Assembly (NCBI GenBank): GCA_026914245.1
Contig: CP110439.1
Coordinates: 7,378,001 to 7,442,000, forward strand
DNA: 64,000 bases
Direction of reading: 5' to 3'
Source of the DNA: Puccinia triticina
Taxonomy: Eukaryota
Under the pieces are notes generated by a model. That model was not told the origin of the DNA, made no database searches, and saw only the letters and a program-made list of their open reading frames with translations. Below, piece after piece: positions 1 to 12,508 of this stretch. Position 1 is the first letter of the stretch. The number at the start of each line of letters is the position of its first letter. A program made the position numbers and the translations under genes.

Positions 1-32
1 CTTAAGTTTGGCTGGTGCCAAAGCCACCCCTC

Positions 33-451
33 ACCCGACCGGTCCGCATATTCCCTCCTTGAAGGATCGTTCCCGCGCGCGCGGGGGACATCCTTCAAGG
101 GTGTGTTACACCCAACAGCGGCATGCCAAACTTGCCAAACATGGCAGTTTGGCTGCCATTTACAGTCGATCGACTTCGCAAAAGTCGATCGACTTCGTTC
201 CTCTTGTCAACATTTTTTCATATCCCCCCCAGGACCTAACCTAAGGGCTGGTTGGGGTGGTTGAGAGGTGGGATGTTGTCGGATTCCGACTTCGTCGAAA
301 TCCGAACTTCAAGTCGCGCGAGGTATGGCAGCCAAACTGCCATGTTTGGCAAGTTTGGCATGCCGCTGTTGGGTGTAACCCACCCTTGAAGGATGTCCCC
401 CGCGCGCACGGGAACAATCCTTCAAGGAGGGAATATGCCAACTACTCAGGT
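33..451. mobile_element. MITE with long TIRs, MULE-like
   Basis: 46-159 is the near-perfect reverse complement of 325-438. Termini ACCCGA / TCAGGT. Flanking 10-bp direct repeat GCCACCCCTC at 23-32 and 452-461. Confidence 0.8.
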
Positions 452-1025
452 GCCACCCCTCCCGCAGGGAGGGACTTACGGCTAAAGCAACTGTTTGGGT
501 GGGAGACCACCCACCAAAAAGTGATGGGAAATCACTCTTTGAATTTTGTAGCCTGCAGCTTCAACCCTGCCCCCCCCCCCCATTATCGGAACTTAAGCTG
601 CTATATACTTTGTTGATTTTTTGAGCTCATCACATCAACATCACATTTTCCAAGTTTTTTGCGATAAATTTTTGTAAAGCCCACCCAGACTCAAGACAGC
701 GGTCTTCACAGGCGGTGCCTGGCCCCGCAGGCCTGTGCGGGTCAAGTTTTTGTTTCTCTTATTTCGGCTTTGCTTGTCTGCTATACTTTTTCCTTTGAAA
801 ATCTGAGCTGACGGGAAGGAAGATGAGGTGCAGGTGCCTCTGTCAATGCTCAGGACCTCATATGTAGCTCGCATAACGAGCGAGCTACAGGCTCTCAAAG
901 TTGAACCAGGATTTTGCCTGATGTTCTCAGGCGAGCACCCCCGCTTTGGGTCTAAGTCCCTCCCTGCGGTCGGCGGCACTCTGCTCCCCACTCAGCCCCG
1001 CAGAGGAGGGACTTTGTTAAGTTAG
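452..1025. mobile_element. Partial non-autonomous DNA transposon of the 9-bp-TSD hairpin-end family; left TIR interrupted by the 33-451 MITE
   Basis: Right end AAGTCCCTC...GAGGGACTTTGTTAAGTTAG (954-1025). Its inverted counterpart CCGCAGGGAGGGACTTA lies at ~462-478. Confidence 0.65.
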
Positions 1026-1141
1026 CATGAATTGGGTCTGAAGACCCATCTATTGGGTCCAAAGACCCATGAATTAGGTCTGAAGACCCATCTATTGGGT
1101 CCAAAGACCCATGAATTGGGCCTGAAGACCCATCTATTGGG
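1026..1141 (-). repeat. 21-bp minisatellite, ~5.5 units alternating A/B (42-bp higher order); same family as 36186-37622
   Basis: CATGAATTGGGTCTGAAGACC alternates with CATCTATTGGGTCCAAAGACC. The first is the reverse complement of GGTCTTCAGACCCAATTCATG units near 37500. Confidence 0.9.
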
Positions 1142-1159
1142 AGACCTACATGGGCCACC

Positions 1160-1730
1160 TGGCTGGTCATTGAGTCCTCAATCACCAGTCAAATGGCCAG
1201 TCTAAGTACACATCCACCTTGATGACCGGCCAAATAAAATAGCCGGTCATCAATGACCGGCACTGACCGATTACGAAACGGCCATTGAGGGAGTACCTGG
1301 GAATAGGTACTCCTCTTGATGAACGGAACAGTCCGGCCATCAAGGGGATGTTGTTGCTCTTGACGACCGGGATAGCCGTTCATCAAGGCATGCACCTTGA
1401 TGATTGGTCAGACGGCCAGTCATCAAGGCAGCACCTCGATGATCAGTCAGACAGCCCATCAAGGCAGCACCTCAATGACTGGCCAGCTGGCCGGTCATCA
1501 AGGTACACAGTTGTTGCTGTCAACGACCGGGATAGACGCTCATCAAGGCATGCACCTCAATGATCCGTCAGACGGCCAGTCATCAAGGTGTATACATGTG
1601 TACCTTGCTGACCAGTCTGGCCGGTCATCGAGGTGTTTTTTGTGTACCTCAATGACCAGCAAGCTGTCCGGTCATCAAGATGTAAGGTCTGTACCTCGAT
1701 GACCAGTCAACTGGCCGGTCATCGAGGTGT
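1160..1730. repeat. Degenerate array of inverted motif pairs (TTGATGACCGG / CCGGTCATCAA)
   Basis: The motif recurs many times in both orientations. The same motif fills 39830-40440. Confidence 0.75.
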
Positions 1731-2501
1731 TAATGAGGGTGGGGGCGGAGGCGCGCAGGACCGGGGCGGCGTCGGCGGTCGGAGCAGACGCGCTGAGCTT
1801 CGCGACGAGCTCCGCTGGCCGACGCAGGTCGGCCGAGAGCAGCGTGTCATGGGCGCCATGGAGCTCCGTCGGCGGGCCATCTGCCCTGCCCGATTCTCCG
1901 ATATTAGCGTCTGTCTTCTTGTCTGGGGAGAGAGAGAGCAGCTCCACTCACCAGGCCGGCCATCGGGCGGAGGCGTTGTTGTTGCGGAAGGATCAAGCGA
2001 GCAGCGGCCACACAGACCCCGGAGCGAGTCGTGTGCGGCGATCGTCCGGATCTTCTGGCGCACGGTCGGCTCGAGGTCGGTCTCGACCCAGCGGGCCAGC
2101 GGTGGCCACCGGGCGGCGAGCCGGGAGCGGAGGCGCCAGAAGCGGCTGTCGCTGCCTGCGCCCAGCGACACCACTTGCGGCCCTTCTGCGGCGGTTCCGA
2201 GGAGGAAGCGGTCGACCAGCTCGTCGATCATGTATGTGCGCTGGTGGGTGCCGATGTTCACCCATGGCGGCCGGGCCCGCTCGCGGCTCGAGAGGCTTGC
2301 GGGCACAAACAAGGCCGCATAGTCGCTGTGGACGGCCCCGTCAGTCTCTGGCCGGGCGAAGGGAGGAGGGGCGGAGACACTCAACTCGTGCAGGTAGTTC
2401 TTCAAGACGGCCGAGAACCGGGCCAGCGCCGCGTCGAGGTCGGTGTCTCTCACCGGCTTGTCGGTGTTGTGGGCCGGCCTGCGACTCGTCCTTGCGGCCA
2501 T
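1730..2501 (-). pseudogene. PPM1: Leucine carboxyl methyltransferase 1 (PP2A methyltransferase), 5' part only, 3'-truncated by a repeat
   Basis: ATG at 2501, GT-AG introns 2385-2326 and 1951-1881. Motifs VRDTDLDAALARFSAV, PWVNIGTHQRT, QVVSLGAGSDSRF (SAM-binding motif I), WVETD, LLSADLR, PTLI. Coding similarity stops at ~1730. Confidence 0.85.
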
Positions 2502-3009
2502 CCTCGTGCTTCTGTGGTGGTTGCAGGGTCGAGTGGCGTGGTGGTCCGTGGTCGTGGTTGGTGGCCGCGCGTCTCCGCCCAGCCCCCGCCCCCTTCCCGC
2601 CACCATCCCACTTCCCGCCAACACTCCACGACACCACCACCCACCACATCGCCCAAGCACCAAAGGGATGGTCCGAGGACACGCCAAGGTATGTCCCTCC
2701 CACCAATTCCACATCCCACCCAGACAAAACTGAGCCTCCTCTCCCACCCGAACAGGCACAAGTACAGTTGAGTAGCCCGCCCGGCAAGATGGAGACCCGG
2801 CGCTGATGATGACGGTGTGTAGGGCGAAGAACGCGGCCAAGCAGGATGTGCATTGGCTTGGTTGGTTATGTCTGCCTCAATTTGCTGGGCATGCTGAGGT
2901 GGTGGGTTTGATTCCAGGGGAATTTTGGTGAAATTTTGGATTTTGGTCCACAGAATTCCACTTTATTAATCCCAAACAGATCCATGTGATACAGTATCTG
3001 CAATGTATC

Positions 3010-3352
3010 TGAAGAAATGTGAGCTCCGACTCGGAGAGAGGAGAGAACAGTGGCCTGACGAAAAAAGCTCAAGGCCAGGTTTTGAGAAAAAAGGAAGCCC
3101 AAAAAGAGGGCTAGTCTGCTAATTTGTGGGAGGAAAAAGGCTCCGCACTACAAGAGACTCTTTGGTCTCAGGGAAAAGGCGCAGAGAACTTATGATTCTT
3201 TCTTCTATCTATGCTAGTGATATATAACCTATTACAACTAGGGGCCAGGTTGTGGGACAGAAGATGAAATGCATATGCATCTGCAGGGAAAGGAAAGAGT
3301 GTGACAGATGGAGGAGCGGAGAAGGAAGAGAACAAGCTGTGAAATTCCAACA
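3010..3352 (-). mobile_element. Solo LTR related to the Copia LTRs at 60836-61176 and 62221-62527
   Basis: TG...CA ends. 5-bp TSD GTATC (3005-3009, 3353-3357). Shares CACTACAAGAGACTC, CTCAGGGAAAAGGCGCAG and GTGAAATTCCAACA with those LTRs. Confidence 0.9.
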
Positions 3353-6300
3353 GTATCGGGATTCAGATACTTGAGATTGGATTGCCAATAAAATACATTG
3401 GTATTGTATTGGAAAACCAAACCATTACATGTATCTCTGATACTTTGTATTGAAGAACCAATACTATACCTGGTATTGGCCAATACATGTATAGTATAGT
3501 ATTGGTTGCAGCGTTGCTGGTAGCGCTGCCACGTCACAACTGCGCATGCGCGCCATAACTCAAGAACTCAGGGAAGGAGTAGATTCAAAAAGAAGTTCTG
3601 AGTTGTAACTGGGGTGAAAATGGCATGAGGAATCAGAATCTGAAGTCAAAACAACCTTAATTCTTAAGCTTAAAAAGATATAAACATATTTAGGTATAAA
3701 ATGGAGATAAAAGGCAGTTTTAGGTCAACTGTGTTGACTCTAAGGCTGACAAGCAGACCCGCCCAATCATCCCTACCTTTGTTGAATTATCTGTTAGTCT
3801 TCTACCATGATGTATCACCACAGTAAGGAGGGCTGTTGAACTGACCCATGAGCACTACCAACCAACCACCCAGCTGGAAGCCACAAGCCTCTGTAGCCAA
3901 GTTGGTCAAGGCATCACTCTAGTATGTGTCTCAGCATAGCTGAGGCTCTCAGCAGACACTTCTTCATTTTCACGTTGCTACAACCTTCAGGCAAAAACTT
4001 ATTTAGGTTAAACAAAAAAACTCAAATTCATATAGGGCAAAAAGTTCAGCTAGGCATGGGCAAGTAAACAATGAGCGGTATAATTTTAAAATAACAATTT
4101 CCCGCCTGATTCTGGAAGAGGGTTTTGGGGGGGGGGCAGATAACTAAACAGATGGCAAGTAAAGCAATCAAAGAGTATCATAGTGGCAAATTGATAATTT
4201 TGGGGTGAGTTGTTGTTTGAAGTGGTTTTGGGCCCCTGGAGGGGTTGAGTGCTCTTGTGAGGAGCAAAATTTCACAGCAGAAGAAATATGGGTGGGGTTA
4301 TAACTCATTCAAGTGTAGTGGTGTAGCCGCTTTGAACTCTACAATGAAATCCAATTTTCGCATCAGCCATGTTTCTTGATTTTTCTTACCAATATATCTA
4401 GCCGTGGATGTACTCAAGAAAAAAATCTCAATTTTGGTGATGGAAAGTGTGGATTAAAACATACAGATAATCATGAAACTTTAGAATATCATGTTCAATA
4501 TCATATCCATAGATTAATTCTTTCCTGTATCTGAATTTCATTAATCAACAGAATAGAAAAAATTAAACCTTCAGAAATATATTATAAATCAATAAAGTCC
4601 ATTCCTTGCAACTGCCGCAACTAAGCCCCTTAGGATCTTATTGGGCGTGTGCAGAAGGGACTTTGCCCTCTTACGGGGTTCAGTGAAGTCTCTCCTTGTT
4701 TCTCACTTTCTCCTCTTACAGGTTCAGGCAGGCGCGTCAGCTTGCGCTTCTGCGGCTGCCCTAGACCGGCCCAAACCCCCACTAAGGGGGGCTTCAAGCC
4801 GGTCGTGTGTGGGTCGGGGGGGGCTTTCCGCCGTGTGTCCCCCGAGCCTCCGAAGACGGTTCAGAATTTGTTCTGGGTCTTGGTGGCTCAAGAGGAGGGA
4901 AAACCCCCCGGAGCAGAAGAAAAAAGAGCACGCGAGTGGGGGATCAGTGCTAGACCCTCTTCGGGCCAGGTACTGACCCCCACGAGAGACTATTTACATG
5001 TGGGGTGGGTGGGTGGTGCTGAAAAGAGAGATGAAAGTCGAGTGACAGAAGGAATGTGATGCTCGTAGCGAAAAAGGACGATGGCAGGAGCTGGCGAATG
5101 AAGGGCAGCCAGAAGGGCTCTCCTTTATGTCCGCCAGCATCCTCTCCATCGGGGCTAGGCCTTGGGCCACTCTGAGCTGACACGTGTCACCTAGGCGGTA
5201 TCTCTTACCGTCACCAGCGTGACAAAGGCGCAAGGGGAGGCTTGGGAGCCAGTTCCCTAGCCAACCTGAGGTTTGCTTCTTCCGGAGGGGGAAGAGGCGC
5301 TCCAGACGTGTTCCAAGGCCTGTTGCTATGGATTGCTTCCATGGACCACAGGACCTCGCTACGCTGCGCTCCGCTCCGGTTCCTACCCAATATTGATAAG
5401 AAAAAGACCAACTCTGGAAATTCATGCATTTGATTAATGATTGAAAAGGAAGTTTGACCAAGAAGTTCCCTTATTCGGCCCTCTCTTGCATTCTCAGGAA
5501 ATTCAGCATCAAATAACCTTTAATATATTAAATTTTAAGTAGAAAAAGTCAGAAACACATTTATTTCTAGAAATTTGATTGAAAATACCTCAAGTTCACA
5601 TTCAAATTATTTTTCAATGACTCCTCACAGTGGGGGGAAAACAAACCACTCAGGGCATATTTGATGTAAACCTCAAGAGGCCTTCAAAAGGTGAATTATC
5701 AGATAAATAATGTATTTCCAACATGATGTTCAATATTATCTAATCCATCTTGGAAAAGGATGCTTACACGCTGTCCAGTGCTTTTTCTATTTTTCTATTT
5801 ATTTATTTTTTGAAGACAAAAAATCAAAAAACATCATCACCTTATATTGATCATGGGAGGAGATGGGATACACACTCAAATTCCAAATCTGAAATCTCTC
5901 TTCCCCCACTGAAAACATTTTGTAAAGTTTTTCAGCCCCAATTTTCCAGAAAATTTGATACAAGTGGAAACTCCTCACATTATGCGCATTTGAGAACACT
6001 CAATACCTACATTATGAGATTCAGCTGTTCCAAGCGGTTTGGCTCCTTTTGCATGAGCATTGGTACCCCTACATGACAGCAATTCAATTCAAAGGCATCA
6101 AAGTAATTTCAGCATGAAAATAATTGGTTGAAAAACACTCATAGTCATAGTCCTGACACAAAACGCACATTTCAGTTGGTTTACTTGAAACGGTCACAAG
6201 CAACAAGGGAAAGTTTTGAACATCAGACAATATAGTAATTAATCATGATTTTGAAATGTAGCTTACATTGATCCACCAATTTCAGAAGCACTATTGTGTT

Positions 6301-8699
6301 GAAGGGTGCAAATTTTTTAGTGAATATGGGAAGATGTCTAATTTTTGAGTGAATATATGGATACTTACGCATGGCTTATTCCTTTGAAGTCACTGGTGAA
6401 TGAGCGCTTAATTAAACTTGCACTAGACCATTGGGTTTCTTTGTTTGTTATGAAATATATGGTAAGAATGGCATAAATTGTATGCAAACTGCTTCGGAGT
6501 ATAGATCTAGGCATTCTAATTTGTTTGTAGTAGTAACTACACAAATGATAATATAAGGCAGAGTGTGAATTGTTATAATGGGAACATAACAAAGTCCCAG
6601 AAGAGGAAACTTTATAGACTTTTCCAAGACACCTGGATGACCTGTAAGCAGATGGCTGTATCTTTGAGGGAACCAATACATGAAATGGCATAATCCAAAC
6701 AGATCAGGGAAACTGTAGGGCCATCTTGCTAAGACTCATGATTGATCAGACAGTATTGAAAATCAGGAATTTTGAAACAGTGTTTTTGTTCCACCAAGCC
6801 TTTTTCCTAGAGTATTTCCTTGTTAGATGAGATTCAAGTTGTTTCAAAAGCTGTAGAGTTTTGAATTACAGGGAACTTCATCAGACTTCATCCCATTCTT
6901 ATCACCAAATATACTTTCACATTGGCAGGAATTTGCCAATACCAAAGCCAGTTTGAAGCCTCCCAAACTCATCATCAGTGAGGATTACATGGTTTGTACT
7001 TATTAAGATGGACAAAAATTTAAGCTGGGTGTGTGGATGCCTGTTTGAAGCGCCAAACCTTGGTGCTTTCCGCCGCGCAGTAAAGGTGGGCTAGGTCCAA
7101 GAAGCTGTGTTGAATCAACTGATGCCACAACATGCATCCACAAGGTGAAAGAGCAGCAGCTCAGAGCCAGAAAATGAATCGATTTTACACCACGGGTCTG
7201 AGAAAATTGGAGCAACTGAAACAGATTGCTTTGTTAGATTCTGAGAGCAACTAACTAGATACAACTAATAAGAGTCAAACTTGTGGGATAAACTTAACTG
7301 AAAGCAGAATAAGATGTTCTTACTTAGTTGATGGGACTGTAGATTCTTGTGGTGTTGAGCAGTCAACTATGTTGATGATACTTCAGCTTGTTTTCTGTCA
7401 ATCATCATGGAGCTTGTCAGCTCCTTTAATGTTGTGCCCGTTCTTCTCTACCTATGTCTCTGTTCTGGGACTTACAATTAATTAGCTTGATCAGCTTAAT
7501 CTCCTCCATGTATTCTGTGTGTACAGTAGCGTGGCTGCTGGATCTGCTTCTCAAACAGTGTTTGATCAAGTCAGCTGCTTTGATCTAGTGTTGGAGCACT
7601 CAGAAGACAAGCTGAGAGTATTGGGAAACACAGGATTAGGATTAGGATCAAGAATGATGGAAGATCTGAAACAAAATATATGGTTCAGACAAGGTCCATA
7701 CTGCTCCATCATCTGATTTTGTACTGAACTCAGACTTTGGTTGTGTGACATGTCATCATACACAGGTGCACACTACATACATGAGAAAAAGACAGGAGAT
7801 AAAACAAAACATGATGTCATAGGAAAAAGAAACTGTTGGAGTGGAGCAAACCTTGAATATTAGGGAGTCCACCAACTTGGTCTTGCAAAAGCTGAAACAT
7901 CCTGAGGTCAAACATGCACATCGTGAATCCCAAGGCAGAGCAGAACTTTGAAAACTTGTGGAACCTCCATGAGTGTGGTAACACGCACCACACCATGAGT
8001 CAGGGGGAAAAGTGCCCCAAATCTACTTAGAGAACAATCCAGAATTAAATTTGTGTGAAATAAACATGAGAATCTCCTACACATTCACTTGTGAGTTCTT
8101 GAATGTTGCAATTCTGATTCCAGTTCAACAAGATGGGTTGATTGGGTCATCCCAGAAATGAAAACTGGATCAAAAATGGTGCAGAACATTGCATGTGAGA
8201 ATTGTTTAAAAAATTCCCCGCCAAAACGGTGTAAAGCTCAAAAGTGTTCCTGAGAACCTTTTGCTGAGTGCGGAAAGGAATGAATGAGGTTACCTCTGCC
8301 TTTCCTGGGTCACTAGACACTAAAAAAAGCCCCCCAATCTACGATTCGAAGGTTTATGTAGTGATAGTGGAGGTGTATCAAAAGATAGCCTACGTTGAAC
8401 AAGTGGCTTAGGGGATATGGGTGATGTAACCGGGGCTGAGTGAGTCGTGAGTTGATATGGTCCATGTGTTGCTGCAAAGAGATTGTGGAACACCCTGACA
8501 GAGGGGTTGATGATGATTGAGCAATGTAATAGTGTTGTTGTATGTATGTAATTGTTATGTAATAAGGGTAAAACCACAATATAGTGGGGGCTAATACTGT
8601 AGAGTGAGCAATTTGTTGTACTGTTGTGGGGTAAGCTGAGTGCAAGTAGTTTGCTGAGAGCAATTACAACTGGGGGGAGGAAAGCCTCCTTAAATAGAA

Positions 8700-9175
8700 A
8701 AGAGTGAGGGATTTTAGCTCCAGGGGAACCAGGGAATGAGGGATTTTAGCTGCCCTGAGCTATCAAATGAGGGATTTTGGCTGGTGGTACAGCCTAGATG
8801 AGGGAATTTAGCCCGATTGACAGGTCACATGATGTAATGATGAGGGAATTTAGCTGGTGAGAAAATGGAGGTGAGAGGTTTGAGTTTGGCCTATGATGTC
8901 ATTGACGTATGATGTCATTGACGTATGATGTCATTGGGTCATCTGATCATCTGTACTGCCCCTGTCTGTCACCTGCTGTTAAATGATGTCATACGAGGGA
9001 ATTTAGCTAGCCTGAGCTGTCAACTGATGTCATGTGCAAGCTGCATGAGGGGTTTTTGCTAGCTTGACACCTGCATGAACTGCAGCCCCTATTACACTAG
9101 TCTGCATGCAGCCTGCATAAGACTGTATAAGCCTGCATAAGCCTGCATAAGACTGCATAAGACTGCATAAGACAA
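8700..9175. repeat. Cluster of short repeats, probably TE-derived
   Basis: GAGGGA(T/A)TTTAGCT recurs at ~31-bp spacing (8706, 8738, 8769, 8800, then 8842, 8995). TATGATGTCATTGACG x3 (~8892-8935). (G/A)CTGCATAA 10-mers (~9110-9170). Confidence 0.65.
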
Positions 9176-10359
9176 TGTAATGAGTGCAGCTGATGAGGTA
9201 AAGCATATGTAAAGGGTAGACAAGTGTCAGAGTGGACCATGTAACGGATTACATGGTCCTGGGTAAGGGTGGTTCATGTAACGGATTACATGACCTGAGT
9301 ATGGTGTTTGTGTGCGTGAAACTGGCCGGTGGTGTCTTGAAGGGGGTGTATCTTCTGATCCAGAGGGACGTAAGGTGTGTTGTCCATGGTGTCCTGTGTA
9401 GTTTTGGCCATAGAATCCAATGGTGTTGCCGTATTGGTTGATTTGTGAGTGTACATATGAGAAAATGGAAAATTTTGAAATGGGCTAGATGGGTAACCAT
9501 AAAGCATACCACAACGGCCAATTATCTCCTCCTGCGGGGTCAAAATAGCCTGTAAACCCCTCCCTCTCCCTTGGAGGATACCTGCAGGATGGCATATCCT
9601 CTCTGATTAACAAATTGGTCAAGTTAGATGTTTTATACATCTTTAATGATGCGGGGGCATAACTTAATAAGGAATTCTAGAGGTTTGAATATTCTCCACA
9701 CCAAAATCCAAAATATTGCCTCGCCAAAAAGGGGCAATAGTGTGGCAGTCCCTCCTGCCAAGGGCTGTTGGAGGATTTTTTCTTGATATATGCACCCTCA
9801 GCAGCAAGGGTTCAGTCCCTCCTGGTCCACCTCAACAGCAATACCATAAAAAAGAAGCAGTAAGTAAGATGGAATAAATAATGAGTCCTTCAGCATCAGT
9901 ATCCCCCACCCCCACTCTCCACTCTTACCCTCCTCCATTATCTCTGGTTTCTACCTGGCCCCAATCCACTAGTATACACACTCAACAACAGATCACATGC
10001 ATTTCACTTGCCTGGATGTGACCTCTCCGTGGCTATCTGGGCTGTCACTGACAATTCAGCCCCTTGTTCTCTTGCTGCTAGTCTGCCTCATCCATGCCTG
10101 AATATTCTCCCACACTTACCATGCTTTACTCAATTTCACTCACAAAAATGGTTGCTGCAATCATGTGGTGTCCCACAAGTGGGTCCTTCCTTTTGTTCAA
10201 GGTTGCAAAATTGGCCCTAGATTTACCGGTCAATGGACTAACAAGAGAGAAGAAATGGCAATCTCTGGAACAGAATTCAAATCATAATGTCACAAAGGCT
10301 TTAACAAATGTGCATATATTGTGTTTTGAATTATTCTTGGACATTTAATGGGTAATCCC

Positions 10360-11033
10360 CGAACTTAGCACAAGTCCCTCGCCTGCCGGGGGGCAGGGGC
10401 GCGAAGCGCCTTGCACGAAGTGCGACCTTCCGTCAGGGAGGGACTTGCGTGCAATCCACGATTCCTGGCGTGAGAGCCCCGCGTGCAGTTGGTGTTTTTT
10501 GCAGGTGGCCAACTTTGTGCCCCCAAATCCCCCACTTCCCAGAGGGCATGTTGCCCGCCTCTTGAACCGGTGAAAGACCTGCATCTCCTCTTCAAATTGG
10601 TGGTAGGCCTGCTACCATTGCCCTCCTCCCATGAGCTGGAGATTGGCTCAAAGGAGCTCACTTTCCAAGAATCCTTTGAGATGACTAATAGTTGTACAGT
10701 TCTGTACAGTAAATCTCACTCCCTACACGGCCACTTTTCCTCCATGATTGGAAATTTCAACCGGGAGGATCAGGCCTTATATTGGGAGCTACAAGGCTCA
10801 AATTGCATCAAAAGAAGCGCAATGCCGAGCACTCCTTAAGCCCCGAGGGGCGACTTCAACAGATGAACGGTTGATTTTTAAAAAAGGAAAATGTGAAAAA
10901 AAGCCTAATACAGGCGGATATTCCTGGGGCTCTCAGGCCAGGTACAGGTTTTTCCAGGTAAGCCTCTCTGTGAGACAGAGACCCTGCGGGGCTGCCCCTT
11001 TGGGGCTCTCACAGTGAGGCTTTGTTAAGCTCG
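10360..11033. mobile_element. Non-autonomous DNA transposon, 9-bp-TSD hairpin-end family
   Basis: Termini CGAACTTAG...TTAAGCTCG. TSD GGTAATCCC (10351-10359, 11034-11042). Subterminal AAGTCCCTC...GAGGGACTT hairpin. Confidence 0.9.
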
Positions 11034-11256
11034 GGTAATCCCCCCCTCCATCACAAAAACACCAACTTCACTTGATGTACGCCAAAAATGGGGTTCACTC
11101 ACAGATTCTACTCATATCCAGCTACCAGTGCCTCCCAGACCCCAAAAGTGTGGCTTTTAAACTTTCCGGTGCAGAGCTGATTTTGGAAAAGTGTCCAAGC
11201 TTTTTTCAAAACACAATAGATATTCTCCCCCAGAGGGTGAACCAAGTTTATAGTGG

Positions 11257-11680
11257 CAACGATGGGAAGTTACGTTATCCAGTTTGCCTAGGTGTGATTT
11301 AGTTATCCAGTCCTCTGGGGTGTGAAATCCAAAATAAATTGAATCTGTGGGTTTCAAAAGAAAGGCTGAATGTTGATTAACAGTATGGTCCCACTTTCTT
11401 TCAAATATACTCCTATTTTTGATGTTGAAATATCACTTTTGTGACCAAAAATCAGTTATCTGGGTAACTTAGACCAGATAACTGATATTTGGTCACAAAA
11501 GCATTGTTTTAACATCAAAAAGAGGATTTGCTTGGAATAAATTGGTGTCCATATTGTTAAACAACATTATACCTTTCTCTTGACACCCACAAATTCAATT
11601 TATGTTGGATTTTACACCACATACAACCGGATAACTGAATGACATCTAGGCAAACTTGATAACATAACTTCCCATTGTTG
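11257..11680. mobile_element. Foldback MITE with 7-bp TSD
   Basis: The whole element is an imperfect palindrome (CAACGATGGGAAGTTA...TAACTTCCCATTGTTG). TSD ATAGTGG on both sides. Confidence 0.9.
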
Positions 11681-11734
11681 ATAGTGGGCTTTGCGGATAA
11701 GGAGTTTGGATTATATGATTTCACGGATGGCTGT

Positions 11735-11830
11735 TAGGGTTGACGGCGCCACCCCTAGGTGAGCGCCCATGTGCGGGCGCCTCGCACCTGCGCACCTTTG
11801 GGCAAAAATGAGGGGTGTGCGCGCATCCCA
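11735..11830 (+). mobile_element. Left end of a hAT element (same TIR as 52950-55622), truncated
   Basis: TAGGGTTGACGGCGCCAC is identical to the terminus at 52950 and is followed by GCGC-rich subterminal repeats. Confidence 0.75.
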
Positions 11831-11935
11831 CTTCTGCATGAGATTGGGGGGCCCAAGCACCATTCTTGAGCTATCTGCGGGGTTTTCTCGGGGATACCTG
11901 CGGGGATACCGAATAAAATCATCAATATGCGTAAT

Positions 11936-12104
11936 GGAGGACTTCCCGTCATTTTTGAATAAATCTGGAATTTCAGATTTCGCAGGGAAATCTGGAATTT
12001 GGGACTCTGGATGGCTTCGGGGATCTTCGGGGACCTAGATTTCCCTGCGAAATCTGAAATCTGGCGGCTCAGATCTGGATTTCCAGATCGACGGGAAGTC
12101 CTCC
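11936..12104. mobile_element. Small MITE, possibly PIF/Harbinger-like
   Basis: TIR GGAGGACTTCCCGTC / GACGGGAAGTCCTCC, an inner inverted repeat (CAGATTTCGCAGGGAAATCT), and flanking 3-bp AAT. Confidence 0.65.
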
Positions 12105-12508
12105 AATTAAAAGTCCAGCCCTGTATGCCTCGCCTGGGCGCGCCGCCCTTGCGCCACAAAGGCGCGTCCCTTGAGGGGGTCTTCTAATCTGTTGGTCTTG
12201 ACACTATGGAGAACCGCGGACGGTTGAAGATTTTGATCTGGGTCAGCTACCGGTCAGGTCATTGAGGGTTTTCTTGTTTTGTCTCGACAGAAGGATAGTT
12301 ATACTGTCTACAAGCACATTTTGGAATATGATTCAATAGTTTGGATTATCCGCAGGTTTGTCCGAATCCTCGTACATACGAGATTCGTGGCAGGTTTGGC
12401 GGAGGTGATCCAGCTGGGTCCTGATGTCTGAAATGTGAAGAGTCAAGAGTGCTGGCTGTCGGGTGAGGATGCCGATGATGAACATTCGAGCTTTGAGATC
12501 CGGACCGT

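Noticed and set aside
1633..2853. Several long overlapping ORFs on both strands
   Set aside because: GC-rich shadows of the PPM1 exons.
4620..5460. GC-richer island that looks like an LTR or TE fragment
   Set aside because: I could not define termini, a TSD or protein motifs.
6300..8300. Possible decayed retroelement (PKLIISE-like stretch at ~6960)
   Set aside because: Too degenerate to assign a family or boundaries.
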